Origin: Mobula hypostoma
Lineage: Eukaryota
NCBI RefSeq assembly: GCF_963921235.1
Contig: NC_086097.1
Location: forward strand, 84,942,001-85,006,000
DNA: 64,000 nt
Reading direction: 5' to 3'
Each line of letters begins with the position of its first letter. Position 1 is the first letter of the stretch. Made by a program: the position numbers and the translations under genes. Below are positions 36,864 through 48,901 of the stretch, in pieces. Under the pieces are notes generated by a model. That model was not told the origin of the DNA, did no database searches, and worked only from the letters and a program-made list of their open reading frames with translations.

Positions 36864-37400
36864 CACTCAGTGGTCACTTTATTAGGTACACCTTCTCGTT
36901 AATGCAGATATCTAATCAGCCAATCATGTGGCAGCAACTCAGTGCATAAAAGCATGCAGATATGGTCAAGAGGTTCAGCTGTTGTTCAGACCAAACACCA
37001 GAATGGGGAAGAAATGTGACCTGAGTAACTTTGACTGCGGAATGACTGTTGGTACCAAATGAGGTGGTTGAGTCTCTCAGAAACTGTTGATCTCCTGGCA
37101 TTTTCCTGCACAACAGTGCCTAGAGTTTACAGAGAATGATGCAAACAACAAACATGCAGTGAACAGCATTTCTGTGCGTGAAAACACTTTGTTAATGGGA
37201 GAGGTCGGAGAATGTCTAAGGTGACAGTAACTCAAAGAAACACACGTTACAACCGTGGTGTACAGAAGAGTATCTCTGAACGCTCAACGCGACGAGACTT
37301 GAAGTGGATGGGCTACAGCAGCAGAAGACCATACCAGGTTCCACTCGTGTGGCCACTTTGTTAAGTACACTCCTGTACCTAATAAAGAGGCCACTGCATG
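36864..37400 (+). mobile_element. Internally deleted Tc1-like transposon
   Basis: TIRs CACTCAGTGGTCACTTTATTAGGTACA / TGTACCTAATAAAGAGGCCACTGCATG followed by TA; from 37003 MGKKCDLSNFDCGMTVG then frameshifted SETVDLL...TTV.RVYRE, a Tc1 HTH remnant. Confidence 0.88.
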
Positions 37401-38582
37401 TAATTGGCCTTCATAATTAATGAACCCTTTCAGGATTGATCTTACCTTTGCCAGTCATGAAAAACCATTGAAAAAGGGAGTTGCTAGAGCGTGCCTGTCC
37501 CATGTGCCTAGATCAAACGAGGGGTTCAACAGAGCTCAGGCAGTTGGCTTTTTTATTGGTTAAAGCCAAATGTGCTTTGATGGCCTGACTTTGCTTGCAG
37601 ATCACGAGTGGGGAGCTAAAATCCAGATAGGACACAGTGCTAACATTAAAACAGCTGGTAAGACTAGGGAGAGTGCATCACACTATCCTAACCTATTAGG
37701 GTTTATCCTGCTTCAGGAGTGGTTTGTAATAGGCTACTTGGCTCTATTCACAGAGTTGTTGCTATGCTTCGAAGTATGAGCCATTAGTTGCGTCCTTCCC
37801 ACTAACAAAACATAACTACACGGATGCTACTTCCGTTAAGGCTGTGGAGAAATTTAGCGGCCAAGTTATAACAATTTCAGGTTTTGCTCATTAATCCTCA
37901 TCGGTAGTATCATGAGCCTCTGATTACATCTCCATAACCAGCTGCATTTCATAGATGTAGCACACAGCAGTTTAAATAGAAATGAGGTTGCAAGGCAAGG
38001 GATGTGGAGAAGCAAAATTCTTTCAACATGAAAACCATCATTGTAGGTTATCCAATAATCTGTCAGCAGAGATATTAGTTCTGCAAATCTCTCTGTGCTG
38101 GTTGATTGCAGTGCAGAGGAAACAAGTAGAACCCATCTTTCGGTCTGGGATCAGTTCAGATTCATTTAACCTCTTGTCAGCATGAGGTGTGGGAGTAAAT
38201 GTGGTGAAAATAACAATGAACTCACTCTCTTTAGTACGGTTTGAGAGGAGAAAACCTCCTCTGCATTTTGAATGGATGTTCATGCATTCTCTGGAATGAT
38301 TTGCAAGGCACATGTCTCTTTGAGAGTGTCCAGTAGCATTATAGTAAATCACAGAGGCGAAGTGGGGGATTTGTTCAGCTATCTGAAGACTGATCAGCAC
38401 TTTGAAACTGAATCTGCTGTACCCTGTCACATGCATCATGGAGCCAGGCTGCCGTGGAATGTTTTACCCTGTTAAAGGTGATGTATCCAGTTGTTGTTAC
38501 ATTGGACAGGAGTTGTAGATATCAATTTAGAATGTGTAGATGTTATTTAGTGTACCACAAAGTCAAGGACTATGTTCAGACA

Positions 38583-41170
38583 CCGGTAAGATGGCAGCGC
38601 GCACAAACGTGACCTCTCGGGGGCCAACCAAAGGTGCGCTTTTCTTTTAAAAATGAGTTTTTTATGATTTTAGGAGTACGTCAGACATCAATAACAATGG
38701 GGACAGCAGGTCTGCTGCATCAGTGATCTGTTTGTTGTTCAGAGCAGCTGGCCAGGGTGTCAAAGGAGCTGACAGACGAGTCAGAGAAGGAGAAGCCGGT
38801 GGTCAGGGTGGAGAAGGAGAAGCCGGTGGACAGGGTGGAGAAGGAGAAGCCGGTGGACGGGGTGGAGAAGGAGAGGCTGGTGGTCAGGGTGGAGAAGGAG
38901 AAGCCGGTGGAGAAGGAGAAGCCGGTGGACGGGGTGGAGAAGGAGAAGCTGGTGGACAGACCTGAGAAGGAGAGGCCGGTGGACGGGGTGGAGAAGGAGA
39001 AGCCGGTGGATGGGGTGGAGAAGGAGAAGCCAGTGGACGGGGTAGAGAAGGAGAGGCTGGTGGTCAGGGTGGAGAAGGAGAAGCCAGTGGACGGGGTGGA
39101 GAAGGAGAGGCTGGTGGTCAGGGTGGAGAAGGAGAAGCCGGTGGTCAGGGTGGAGAAGGAGAAGCCGGTGGACGGGATGGAGAAGGAGAAGCGGGTGGTC
39201 AGGGTGGAGAAGGAGAAGCCGGTGGACGGGTTGGAGAAGGAGAAGCCGGTGGACGGGGTGGAGAAGGAGAAGCCGGTGGTCAGGGTGGAGAAGGAGAAGC
39301 CGGTGGACAGGGTGGAGAAGGAGAAGCCGGTGGACAGACCGGAGAAGGAGAAGCCGGTGGACGGGGTGGAGAAGGAGAAGCCGGTGGTCAGGGTGGAGAA
39401 GGAGAAGCCGGTGGTCGGGGTGGAGTAGGAGAAGCCGGTGGTCGGGGTGGAGAAGGAGAAGCCGGTGGTCGGGGTGGAGAAGGAGAAGCCGGTGGACAGG
39501 GTGGAGAAGGAGAAGCTGGTGGACAGGGTGGAGAAGGAGAAGCCGGTGTTCAGGGTGGAGAAGGAGAAGCCGGTGGACGGGGTGGAGAAGGAGAAGCCGG
39601 TGGTCAGGGTGGAGAAGGAGAAGCCGGTGGACGGGGTGGAGAAGGAGAAGCCGGTGGACAGGGTGGAGAAGGAGAAGCCGGTGGACAGGGTGGAGAAGGA
39701 GAAGCCGGTGGACAGACTGGAGAAGGAGAAGCCGGTGGACGGGGTGGAGAAGGAGAAGCCGGTGTTCAGGGTGGAGAAGGAGAAGCCGGTGGACAGGGTG
39801 GAGAAGGAGAAGCCGGTGGTCGGGGTGGAGAAGGAGAAGCCGGTGGTCGGGGTGGAGAAGGAGAAGCCGGTGGACAGGGTGGAGAAGGAGAAGCCGGTGG
39901 ACGGGTTGGAGAAGGAGAAGCCGGTGGACGGGGTGGAGAAGGAGAAGCCGGTGGTCAGGGTGGAGAAGGAGAAGCCGGTGGTCGGGGTGGAGAAGGAGAA
40001 GCCGGTGGTCAGGGTGGAGAAGGAGAAGCCGGTGGACGGGGTGGAGAAGGAGAAGCCGGTGGACAGACCGGAGAAGGAGAAGCCGGTGGTCAGGGTGGAG
40101 AAGGAGAAGCCGGTGGTCAGGGTGGAGAAGGAGAAGCCGGTGGACAGGGTGGAGAAGGAGAAGCCGGTGGACGGGTTGGAGAAGGAGAAGCCGGTGGACG
40201 GGGTGGAGAAGGAGAAGCCGGTGGTCAGGGTGGAGAAGGAGAAGCCGGTGGTCGGGGTGGAGAAGGAGAAGCCGGTGGTCGGGGTGGAGAAGGAGAAGCC
40301 GGTGGACAGACCGGAGAAGGAGAAGCCGGTGGTCGGGGTGGAGAAGGAGAAGCCGGTGGTCGGGGTGGAGAAGGAGAAGCCGGTGGACGGGGTGGAGAAG
40401 GAGAAGCCGGTGGTCAGGGTGGAGAAGGAGAAGCCGGTGGTCGGGGTGGAGAAGGAGAAGCCGGTGGACGGGGTGGAGAAGGAGAAGCCGGTGGTCGGGG
40501 TGGAGAAGGAGAAGCCGGTGGTCGGGGTGGAGAAGGAGAAGCCGGTGGACGGGGTGGAGAAGGAGGAGCTGGCGGTCAGGCCGGATTGTGTTTGGAGGAG
40601 GTGACCTGTATGCATATCATGCTGCTGCCTGCTACTCAAAGGCATTGGAGTTGGTGTGTGAGAGCAGTGTGCAGTGTAACCGTGAGTGACTGTCTTGGAC
40701 ACTTCTCCTGCGTACGCAAGACCCTGTTGGACATTGATAATATAAGATGCCACGGGCCTGTTTCCCTTATTTGGTGACGAGGCAGCCAACAAGGCAGCTG
40801 TGAGGCCTCGGCTGTAGCAAGGATTAGGCCTCAAGCTGCAGGCTTGCCTCCTGCTGCAGTCCAGGTGAGCCGATGCTGGAGTGGTGTAGAGTGGAGTTTG
40901 TGCTCAAATGGGAGCTGACCTCTCCCAAATGTGCTGCCCTGCAGTGTTCAATCGGTGGAATAACAGGCTGGATTGCCGGGAGCAATTAGCATGTCGCTCA
41001 GGGACCTGTCTGTACATGTGTTTCCTTACATAATGATGTGTGTTCTTCTTTCTCTTCCTCTCTCGCTATTTTGAATGTATATTATGCACCTTGGCCCCAC
41101 AGAAACACTACCTTATTTGACTGTATCCATGTATGGTTTGAATGATAATTAAACTTGATTAGATTTGATT
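38583..41170 (+). mobile_element. Non-autonomous LINE-derived retroelement hosting the minisatellite
   Basis: 5' AAGATGGCAGCGCG start; 3' TGCACCTTGGCCCC...TGAATGATAATTAAACTTGATTAGATTTGATT tail. Confidence 0.5.
38784..40584. repeat. 27-bp minisatellite, ~66 units, consensus GGTGGAGAAGGAGAAGCCGGTGG(A/T)C(A/G)G
   Basis: Direct reading; gives VEKEKPVxx (+) and STGFSFST (-) repetitive ORFs. Confidence 0.98.
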
Positions 41171-41462
41171 CAGAATCGGAATCAGAACCAGGTTTAATAT
41201 CGCCAGCATATGTCATGAAATTTGTTGACTTTGTGGCAGCAATACATAATAATAGAGAGAAAAACTGTTAATTACAGCAAGTATACATATTTTAAATAGT
41301 TAACTTAAATAAGTAGTGCAAAAATAAAGGAAAGAAGAAAGTAGTGAGGTTGTGTTCATGGGTTCAACGTCCATTCAGAAATCGGATGGTAGAGGGGAAG
41401 AAGCTGTTCCTGAATTGTTGAGTGTGTACCTTCAGGCTTCTGTACCTCCTTCCTGATGGTGG
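41170..41462 (-). mobile_element. Rex/Babar LINE 3' end
   Basis: CAGAATCGGAATCAG tail; GTCCATTCAGAAATCGGATGGTAGAGGGGAAGAAGCTGTTCCTGAA matches 7540-7630. Confidence 0.85.
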
Positions 41463-41479
41463 TAGGGTTTTGACAAGAT

Positions 41480-41612
41480 GGATGAATCCTCATAAAGGGC
41501 CTTGGCTGAAAAGTCGGCTGTTCATCCCCTCCATAGATGCTGCTCAATCTGCTGAGTCTCTCCAATATCTTGTGTATGTTACTCTGGAATTCCAGCACCT
41601 GCACAATCTCTT
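41480..41612 (+). mobile_element. Penelope-like terminal repeat fragment
   Basis: CCATAGATGCTGCTCAATCTGCTGAG...TCCAGCACCTGCA. Confidence 0.6.
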
Positions 41613-42609
41613 GTGGTTATTGACAAAACTCATTGTCTCTCTTTCAATAGAGGCTTCAGAATTGAATTATTTTGGCAATATGTTGTGTACCATCGTTTGA
41701 TCACTGAATGTCACCCTATTCTGCAGATCCAAATAAGGAATTGTAATTATGAATTGGGAAATTAGGGCTGTGTATTTCAGTTGATGAGTAAAGTGTTCCA
41801 TGGGTGCTGCAGTACACTTAGGGATTTAGACATTGCACAGGCTCCAGCCTTCTGGCTAATTTTGACAGGTTTTATTGGGACCAGAAATAAACAAACCGAA
41901 TCATGAAAAAGGGAAGCATTTATGAAAGTAAGTCAAAAAAATTCTGTTATTAAATAGTGATGTCCAGCTTCTTCAAAGAAGGGCCAGTTTGACAATCGGA
42001 GTCATCACAGCAAGTCGTTCAAGTGAAATATATTTTCACCATGCCCTGCCAAACACTGATATTTAATCATGAATATAATACCCAAATGACAAAACTTGTC
42101 TTCCACTTGGTTTCTGCTTAGATTTTCCAAGTCAAGCCACGCTACTAATGAGACAGCATGTGTATCCACTCTTGGTCAAGTTGCAGTTATCTGTACTATC
42201 AGGCACAAGTGAGGTAGCCTTGCCGTGCATTTTACTTTTCTTGATCTGTACTAGATTCATCACAACTTGGCGCCATCTTCAGTCATAAATTGGGCATTGG
42301 GAATTGTGTCAACTTACTAAGGAGATGAACTCCATTCAGAGAAATTTTGTAAGTTGAAAGTGCTGGACAAAATGCATTATAGATCTTTTAGTACAGTATA
42401 CTCTCTAAGGGAGAAGAGTGGCATGCAGTTCATTATAGAGAAAAACTGAATGGCAAATTGAAGCCATGTATCCTCAAGACTCTATGGCTCTGTGGTGAAA
42501 ATTTGTAAATAGAACTTCCACAAATCAATAAGTATCTGTAGTTGTCTATTTCTCCTTTTGTAACATGGAAGAGGAGTAGGTAATCATCTCCTCAGGTCTT
42601 TTATTTACA

Positions 42610-42930
42610 TATTAGGAATAGGAGTAGGCCTCTCGGCCCCTCAAGCCTGTCCTGCCATTCAATCAGATAATGGCTGATCTGACTGTAAACTCAGCGCTGC
42701 ATCCTGACTATTCCTGAAACACCCCATTCCCTTACTTATCAAAATGTCGCTGTCTCTCTTCATCTGTCCTTAGATCAAGAAAGTTCAAAAAACTTTTGAC
42801 CTCCTGAGAGAAAAAAATACTACCCCATTTCTGTTCGTAAATGAACAATTCTATATTTTTAAGCTGTGGCCCTTGGTTTAATATTCTCCCATAAGAGATA
42901 ACATCCTAGCCACATCCACCACCACTATCC
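42610..42930 (-). mobile_element. Old CR1 3' fragment
   Basis: AATAGGAGTAGGCC..TCGGCCCCTCAAGCCTG.CCTGCCATTCAAT tail. Confidence 0.6.
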
Positions 42931-43149
42931 TTCAGCTGTTACATGATTCATTGAATTTAATTCCATCTGTAAACTTAAATGACTTTACTGAACATAAACA
43001 TTTCTCACTTTGCTCCACCTCGTTCCTATCTGATTCTACAGTCCTCACTCGCTTGACACTTTCAAACTTAAGGATTTCAACGAAAACCTCCCATTCTTCA
43101 AAGTGGCAATCTGCCTCGATTATAGATCTTAAGTAAATTTGTAAATTGG

Positions 43150-44166
43150 TTAATTTTTTTTACAGCTGAGTGGACCAACCATTACACGACCTGAAAATTG
43201 CATGGCATTTTAAATGTTTCATTTGGTAATATGCATACTATGAATACTTAGAATGAAAACTGAAAATCACATATGTTTGATTTTATTTATTAATTGAAAG
43301 GTATAATGAAATACAGTACAACAATCTTTCATGTTTCATAAACTTTTTCTTGTCTGTCTTTATTACAAAGCCATTGTCAATAGAGAGTGTCCAGATTAAA
43401 TTGCATCCAGCTGAAAAATACTTCTTAATCTTTGTTAGATCATCCAAATATTCCACTTCTAGTCTGTTTCTGGATTTACATTTGACTGATTTCATAAGGC
43501 TGAATCCATGGTCACAGACAGCACTAGAAGCTTGAAATATTCCAACAATGTCAAAAGAATTGACAGTTTTCAAGTTCTTTGTTTCTAAGCAAGTTCAACA
43601 TACCAGTGAACATCTTAATTGAACCAGTCTTAACTTTCTCAGAAACGACAAAATTGAAATCACAGTATTGCTGCAATATTCTTGAAGCATTGCTTTCATG
43701 GTAGTTCATGGTAGCTGAGTTTTTTTTGTCAGTCGTACAACATTCCTTTTTCCAAATTCAAAATTGGTTGAGTTTGCAATTGCAACAACAGGGTCAGAAG
43801 CTTGTCATTCTCTTAACTTATTATCAGGAAATCTATTATCCAAGTGATTACACACACGTTGCTATGAGCTACTGATTTTCATTCTGTGTTTATTGTTACA
43901 ATTTGTAACTGCGTTATAATTTGAAACACTGACAATGTAACTATATTGAAGCTCTAAAATGTTTCAGAGTAAAGGTTGTGATATGTTTATTATTTATAAA
44001 ATTTATAGATTAAATTCATTAACACAGAATTAATTACAGGATATTTCACAACTATATTAACATTATATAAAAGAAAATTCCAGCTGCGTGGCAACAAAGG
44101 CTATGTATGTGGGAGCGTTTTAGTTACTTCAAGGCCGCATACCCATGCAACTTAGAGGGAACAGTG
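43150..44166 (-). mobile_element. hAT transposon remnant with C-terminal dimerisation-domain fragment
   Basis: ORF 43283-43573 IFQASSAVCDHGFSLMKSVKCKSRNRL (cf. S.A.CER.FS.M..IK...RNRL); TIR TTAGAGGGAACAGTG at ~44152-44166. Confidence 0.75.
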
Positions 44167-45262
44167 GTGTTCATCGTCTTGATGCAGGCCTGGTGGTAAT
44201 ATTATACTGTCTGCTTATGGCCTCAAGCTCTATGTCAAGTCAACATGAGGATTTATGGGATGGAAGCAGGAATCTGCCAATAATGCTTTCAGGTCTGCTC
44301 TGCCATTTGTGAAGATTGTGGCTGATCCTCTGATTTGTCTGCTTTTCCCCCCTATCTTCAAATTCCCTAAACCCCCATTGATTGGCTAAACAATCAAGCA
44401 TTAGGGAAGCATTCAATTCGCTTCGTAATCAGTATTTCACTTTTTGTTTGTATGGCTTTTCAGTTCTGCTACCTTATCTGTATCTTTGAAGCTCTTTTTG
44501 TCCCTGGGCTCAATATAAACACCACAGCTCCTCAGGCTGAATAAATAGAACCAAGCTAAATCTCAGAGCAGTTTGTATATAAGAACAGGCTGGACATGGT
44601 GAAGACAGTCTGTTCCCAGTTGTCTGCTGGCAAGCCAATCCCTGATATCAAATGAATAATTGTTGCCTGTGGGGAGATAAATGCACCAAAATAGGCTGAC
44701 TTGCCAAAGGAGGTGAAGGCTTGTACATAGTCTAGATGTTTGTATTCTGTGAAGTAGATACACCAATATGTTTGGTAATTAGGTTTTTGTTGTTAGAGTT
44801 GGTATAAAGTGTGGTAATTAATGATAGACGTAGGATTGCTCTGGGTACAATCTCATATGTGCTCCCTAAGAAATTCGTTAGTGAGGGTATCTAACAGAAT
44901 CAGCAGTTAATCATTTTGAGCATTTCCCTTCTGGGAGCAGTGTTCTTAAATGTGAACTAACCTTTGAATTTCTGGAATGACTGCAGACATCACTTGATGC
45001 TTCAGTCGGTCATAATATCAACACAGACTTAATTGATGTTGAATCAGTCACTAATAACACCCAAGTTCAATTGGAAAATTTCATTCCTGAATATTCATCC
45101 ATATTTGTGATTAAATTTATAGTACATTAAACATTTTTCTTCAGCTAGTTGCTGAGAGCAAATGAGCAAATCAACACAAGCCCTCTTATTGCTAACTCCC
45201 AGATGCAAATTAACATTTTCCCACTGGTCCTGCACTGCAAGTAAATATGATGATAAGACTTT

Positions 45263-45677
45263 AAGACATAGGAGCAGATTTAGACCATTCGACTCACTGA
45301 GTTTGCTCTCCCATTCCATCATGGTTGATTTATTCTCCCTCTCAACCTCCTTCTCCGGCCTTCTTCTCGTATCCTTTGACACCCTTACTAATCAAGAACC
45401 TATCAATTTCGACTTTAAATATACCTAATTATTTGGTCTACACAGCCATCTGTGGCAATGAATTTCACAGATTCACCACCATCTGGCTAAAGAAATTCCC
45501 TTCATGTCTGTTCTCAAGTGACAGCTTTCTATTCTAAGGCTCTGCCTTCTGGTCCTAGATTCTCCCACTATTGGAAACATCCTCTCCACATCCACTCTAT
45601 CCAGGCCTTTCAGTGTTTGAGAGGCTTCAATGAGATTTCTCCTCATTCTTCTAAAATCCAGCAAGTACAGGCCCAGC
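45263..45677 (-). mobile_element. CR1 LINE 3' fragment
   Basis: DFRRMRRNLIE...LKGLDRVDVERMFP.VGESRTR. Confidence 0.85.
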
Positions 45678-45699
45678 GCCAGGATATCGCCTGCAATAG

Positions 45700-46125
45700 A
45701 GCATCTCAGTGATGAGGAGAGATTGGAGAATGTGAGTTTGCTTTCCTTGGAGCAGAGGGGGCTTATGGGTAACTTGAATGAAGTACTGTATACAAAATAA
45801 TGAGGAGCATCGACAGGTTGGATTGTAGGTAACTCTTAATAAAGTTGTCCATAGCTTTACGGATAAGGGGTTTAGAGGGGATCCAAAGAAAAATCTTGTT
45901 GCCTAGGTGTTTGGATCCTGAAACTGGCAGCTTTATATTTATTTACCATCCATTTGTATACCGTTGTCTGAGTGGGTGGTGGAAGTATCAAGGTGAACAC
46001 TTGAACTGCCAAGGCTAAGAAGCCTACTATGAAGGTATTGGTAAATAAGATTAGATGGGTAGTTCATGGTTGGCATGGATATTGTAGGCTGGGATCCTGG
46101 CTCTGTGCTCCATGATTCTGTGACT
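45700..46125 (+). mobile_element. Degenerate CR1 3' fragment
   Basis: GAGGAGAGATTGGAG...TTCCTTGGAGCAGAGG...AAAATAATGAGGAGCATCGACAGG. Confidence 0.6.
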
Positions 46126-46191
46126 CCAACTCCAACATTGTAGCAGTTGTTTACTATGGTCTGGGAGAATCAGTAGCTGACGAACTGACCT

Positions 46192-46380
46192 AAGAACAGA
46201 GAATGCTGGAAACACTCATCATGTCAGGCAGCAGTTGTGAAAAGAGGAAAAGAGATTGAATTTCAGCTGAAACACTCTTCATCAGAACATTAATTGTCTC
46301 GTATTCCATGGGTACTGCCTGGCCTACTCAGTGTTTCCGGCATTTTCTGTTTTCTCATCAGATTTGCATCACCTGCAGCT
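46192..46380. mobile_element. Inverted pair of Penelope-like terminal repeats
   Basis: ACAGAGAATGCTGGAAACACTCA...CAGGCAGCA pairs with TACTGCCTGG...CAGTGTTTCCGGCATTTTCTGT. Confidence 0.7.
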
Positions 46381-46604
46381 TTTTCTTTATTTACCGTTCA
46401 GTTGTGCAGTGTATATATCTGGTTGTAAAATATTTAACTTGGAGGACGTATGTTATACTCAGGTTATCATTATGGAGAATGCATTAAACATGAGATCTGA
46501 TTTAAACTATAAAGGGTATAACGATAGAAGTTACGTTGACTTAGTACTTTGCACGACTTTGAGATGTAGCAACGTGTCCTGCAGCCAGTGAAATAACACC
46601 ATCA

Positions 46605-46940
46605 CATTTATTATCACCGGCATATGCTGTAAAATTTGTTAACTCAGTAGCAGTGGTACAATGTAATACATGATAAATATATACATGTTAAATTAAAAAT
46701 GGTGCAAAAACAAAAATAATAAAAATAGTGAAGTGGTGAGGTAGAGTTCACGGGTTCAATGTCCATTTCGGAATCGGATGGCAGAGGGGAAGGAGCTGTT
46801 CCTGAATTGCTGAGTGTGTGCATTCAGGCTTTTGTACCTCCTTTCTGACGGTAACAATGAGTAGAGGGCATGTCTTGGGTGATGAGGCTCCTTAATAATA
46901 ATGATGCCTTTCCAAGGCACCGCTCCTGGAAGATGTCTCA
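46605..46940 (-). mobile_element. Rex/Babar LINE 3' end
   Basis: Colinear with 7325-7720. Confidence 0.85.
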
Positions 46941-46959
46941 GATACTACGAAGTAGTATT

Positions 46960-47295
46960 GGTAGTAGTTCTGAATCATAAAGATTGTTGTAATATGGACA
47001 TTAAATTTATGAACAGCAAGATCCCAGAGGCAGGGATGAAATAAACTTTCTATAAGGCACTGGCTGAAGATTAAATCTTGCTTGTGACATGTCGAGGTTT
47101 CCACTGCGTTCTGTGAACGGGAACATAGGAGCTTCACATTTGTATTGGAAAGGAGATGGCCTTGCTTTTGTAGCTCCCTCAAAAGTAAGTGACCCCAGTA
47201 GTTCACTATTTCCTCACTGTCACCCTGGCAACTGAGATTTGACTTTTGGAGTGGGATTTGAACTGACAAGGGAAAACCATGCTATTGCTGAACCA
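46960..47295 (-). mobile_element. Deu-domain SINE (SacSINE1-like), degenerate
   Basis: Minus strand GTTCAAATCCCACTCCA head and GGGATCTTGCTGTTCATAAATT...ATTACAACA Deu-like motif. Confidence 0.55.
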
Positions 47296-48489
47296 GTACG
47301 CACTGCTGTATGTATTAATGGCAAGGAAATGTCAAGCAAGCAATAATAATGTTTACATTTTACTTGAACTTTCAAGGGCAAGTGATCCATTAGAATTTAA
47401 TCTCAAGCCAATGCAATTGATTTGCTCAGATTAAAAACAAGGTAGTCCACTAGTACTCCAGTTTGAATGGCAATCTGCATAAAAAGTAATATTAAAATGA
47501 TGTATAATAGCAACGAATTCACAAAGTAGTGCTTTTGATTTGGACGAATAGTAGCATTGATAGGGGAATGATTTATATTGTGGATTTATTTAAGAACTGG
47601 CTTTAATTGAGATTGTAGAATAGAATCAAACAGAATTATTCAGGGAAACTGGTGAGAATCCAGCAACGTGCACTTGGGCCATTCAGAATCCCGAAGGTTT
47701 CTTACAGCGTGGAGCTGGGTCCAATTACAGACATGAGGCAGCATGCTTGGCAGATCATACACATGGGCACAGCAAAGCAAAACAGGACCTGCAGCAGCCT
47801 TCAGGGTCCCTAATCTCACCAGTTTTGAACTCTTACAAGTAGCCCACCTCCTATCTCATGGATATAGCAAAATTCATCCTTGGAACTTTCTTAGACTTCC
47901 TCTTAGGTTCTATCTTATTTACTTGGTAGGCATTTCCAGCCATTTGGGCATCTTCCTCCTCCAACATGGCTTCCTACCATACAACATTCCATTACACTGT
48001 TTTGAGCCAATCTTTGGCGCCACTACCTGTGTCATCCATTTTTAAAGGCACATAGAGTCCTGAAAAAATGTAAGTCATGGCTGTTTTAAATGAAGTGAGA
48101 ATATGATGATGCTCTCTGCAGACCACTTATCAGAATAATGCTGACTGATGAAATACACATCTATTACTGGGTTCATCATCAAGGTTCAGGATCAAGAGTA
48201 TGATCTAGAGCTTTACTAAGGTGGAAGGGGACAGGATAAGGAATGCGAGGTGCTGAAAAGTAATGTCAGATATAATTTAGGTTTCTGAAGTCTGTGGATT
48301 GCTGAAGGAAGGGATAAGGGATAAATGAAGTGATGTGAAGTCATACCACAGTGAGAGTCAGGGGTGGATGAAATGGAGTGAGAGTCAATGAACTAAACAA
48401 AGTCTGCAGGAAATCAGGAACTCCTTACCGGTGGGTACCTAAGGACAGGTTCAATATGCAAGTCTGTAATCAGGAGTGTTAAGAAATAC

Positions 48490-48900
48490 CCTTCATATGC
48501 CTGGATGAGTGCAGTACCAATCACTCTCAACGTACGCAAAACCTTCTAGGAAAAGTAGTCCATTTGATTGTCAGACACCTTTAAACATTCATTTTCCTGC
48601 ACCACCAGTTCATGCACAAAATGCCCTGCAGCTACTCACCCAGACTACTGAACCCCACCCCCTCAAACCCACAACAAATGCGCCAGGTGCATCACCTGCA
48701 GGTCCACCGCTGTGCCACACAATACATCGACTCAGAAATATATCGTCATTGTGGGTTCGAAATCTTGGAACTTGCCACTCAGCAGCACGATGGGAGCATC
48801 TTCACCAGAAGGATTGCAGTGGTTCTAGTAGGTCGCTCACCACCACCTCCTCAGCGGCACTCCAGGATAAGCAGTAGGTGTTCAACCTGCTAATGGCACC
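48490..48900 (+). mobile_element. Old CR1/L2-group LINE 3' fragment
   Basis: TGCCTGGATGAGTGCAG...GCTCACCACCACCTCCTCA; inverted similarity to 26740-27240. Confidence 0.6.
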
Positions 48901-48901
48901 C

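Noticed and set aside
38784..40584. CRISPR array or TALE-like repeat gene
   Set aside because: No unique spacers and no cas genes; eukaryotic context; 9-aa unit unrelated to TALE repeats
38720..40834. 704-aa mucin-like ORF (and 223/388-aa KEKPV ORFs) as a real gene
   Set aside because: Length is explained by a stop-free 27-bp unit; no recognisable domain or signal peptide, flanks look retroelement-derived, and the plus frame has a stop
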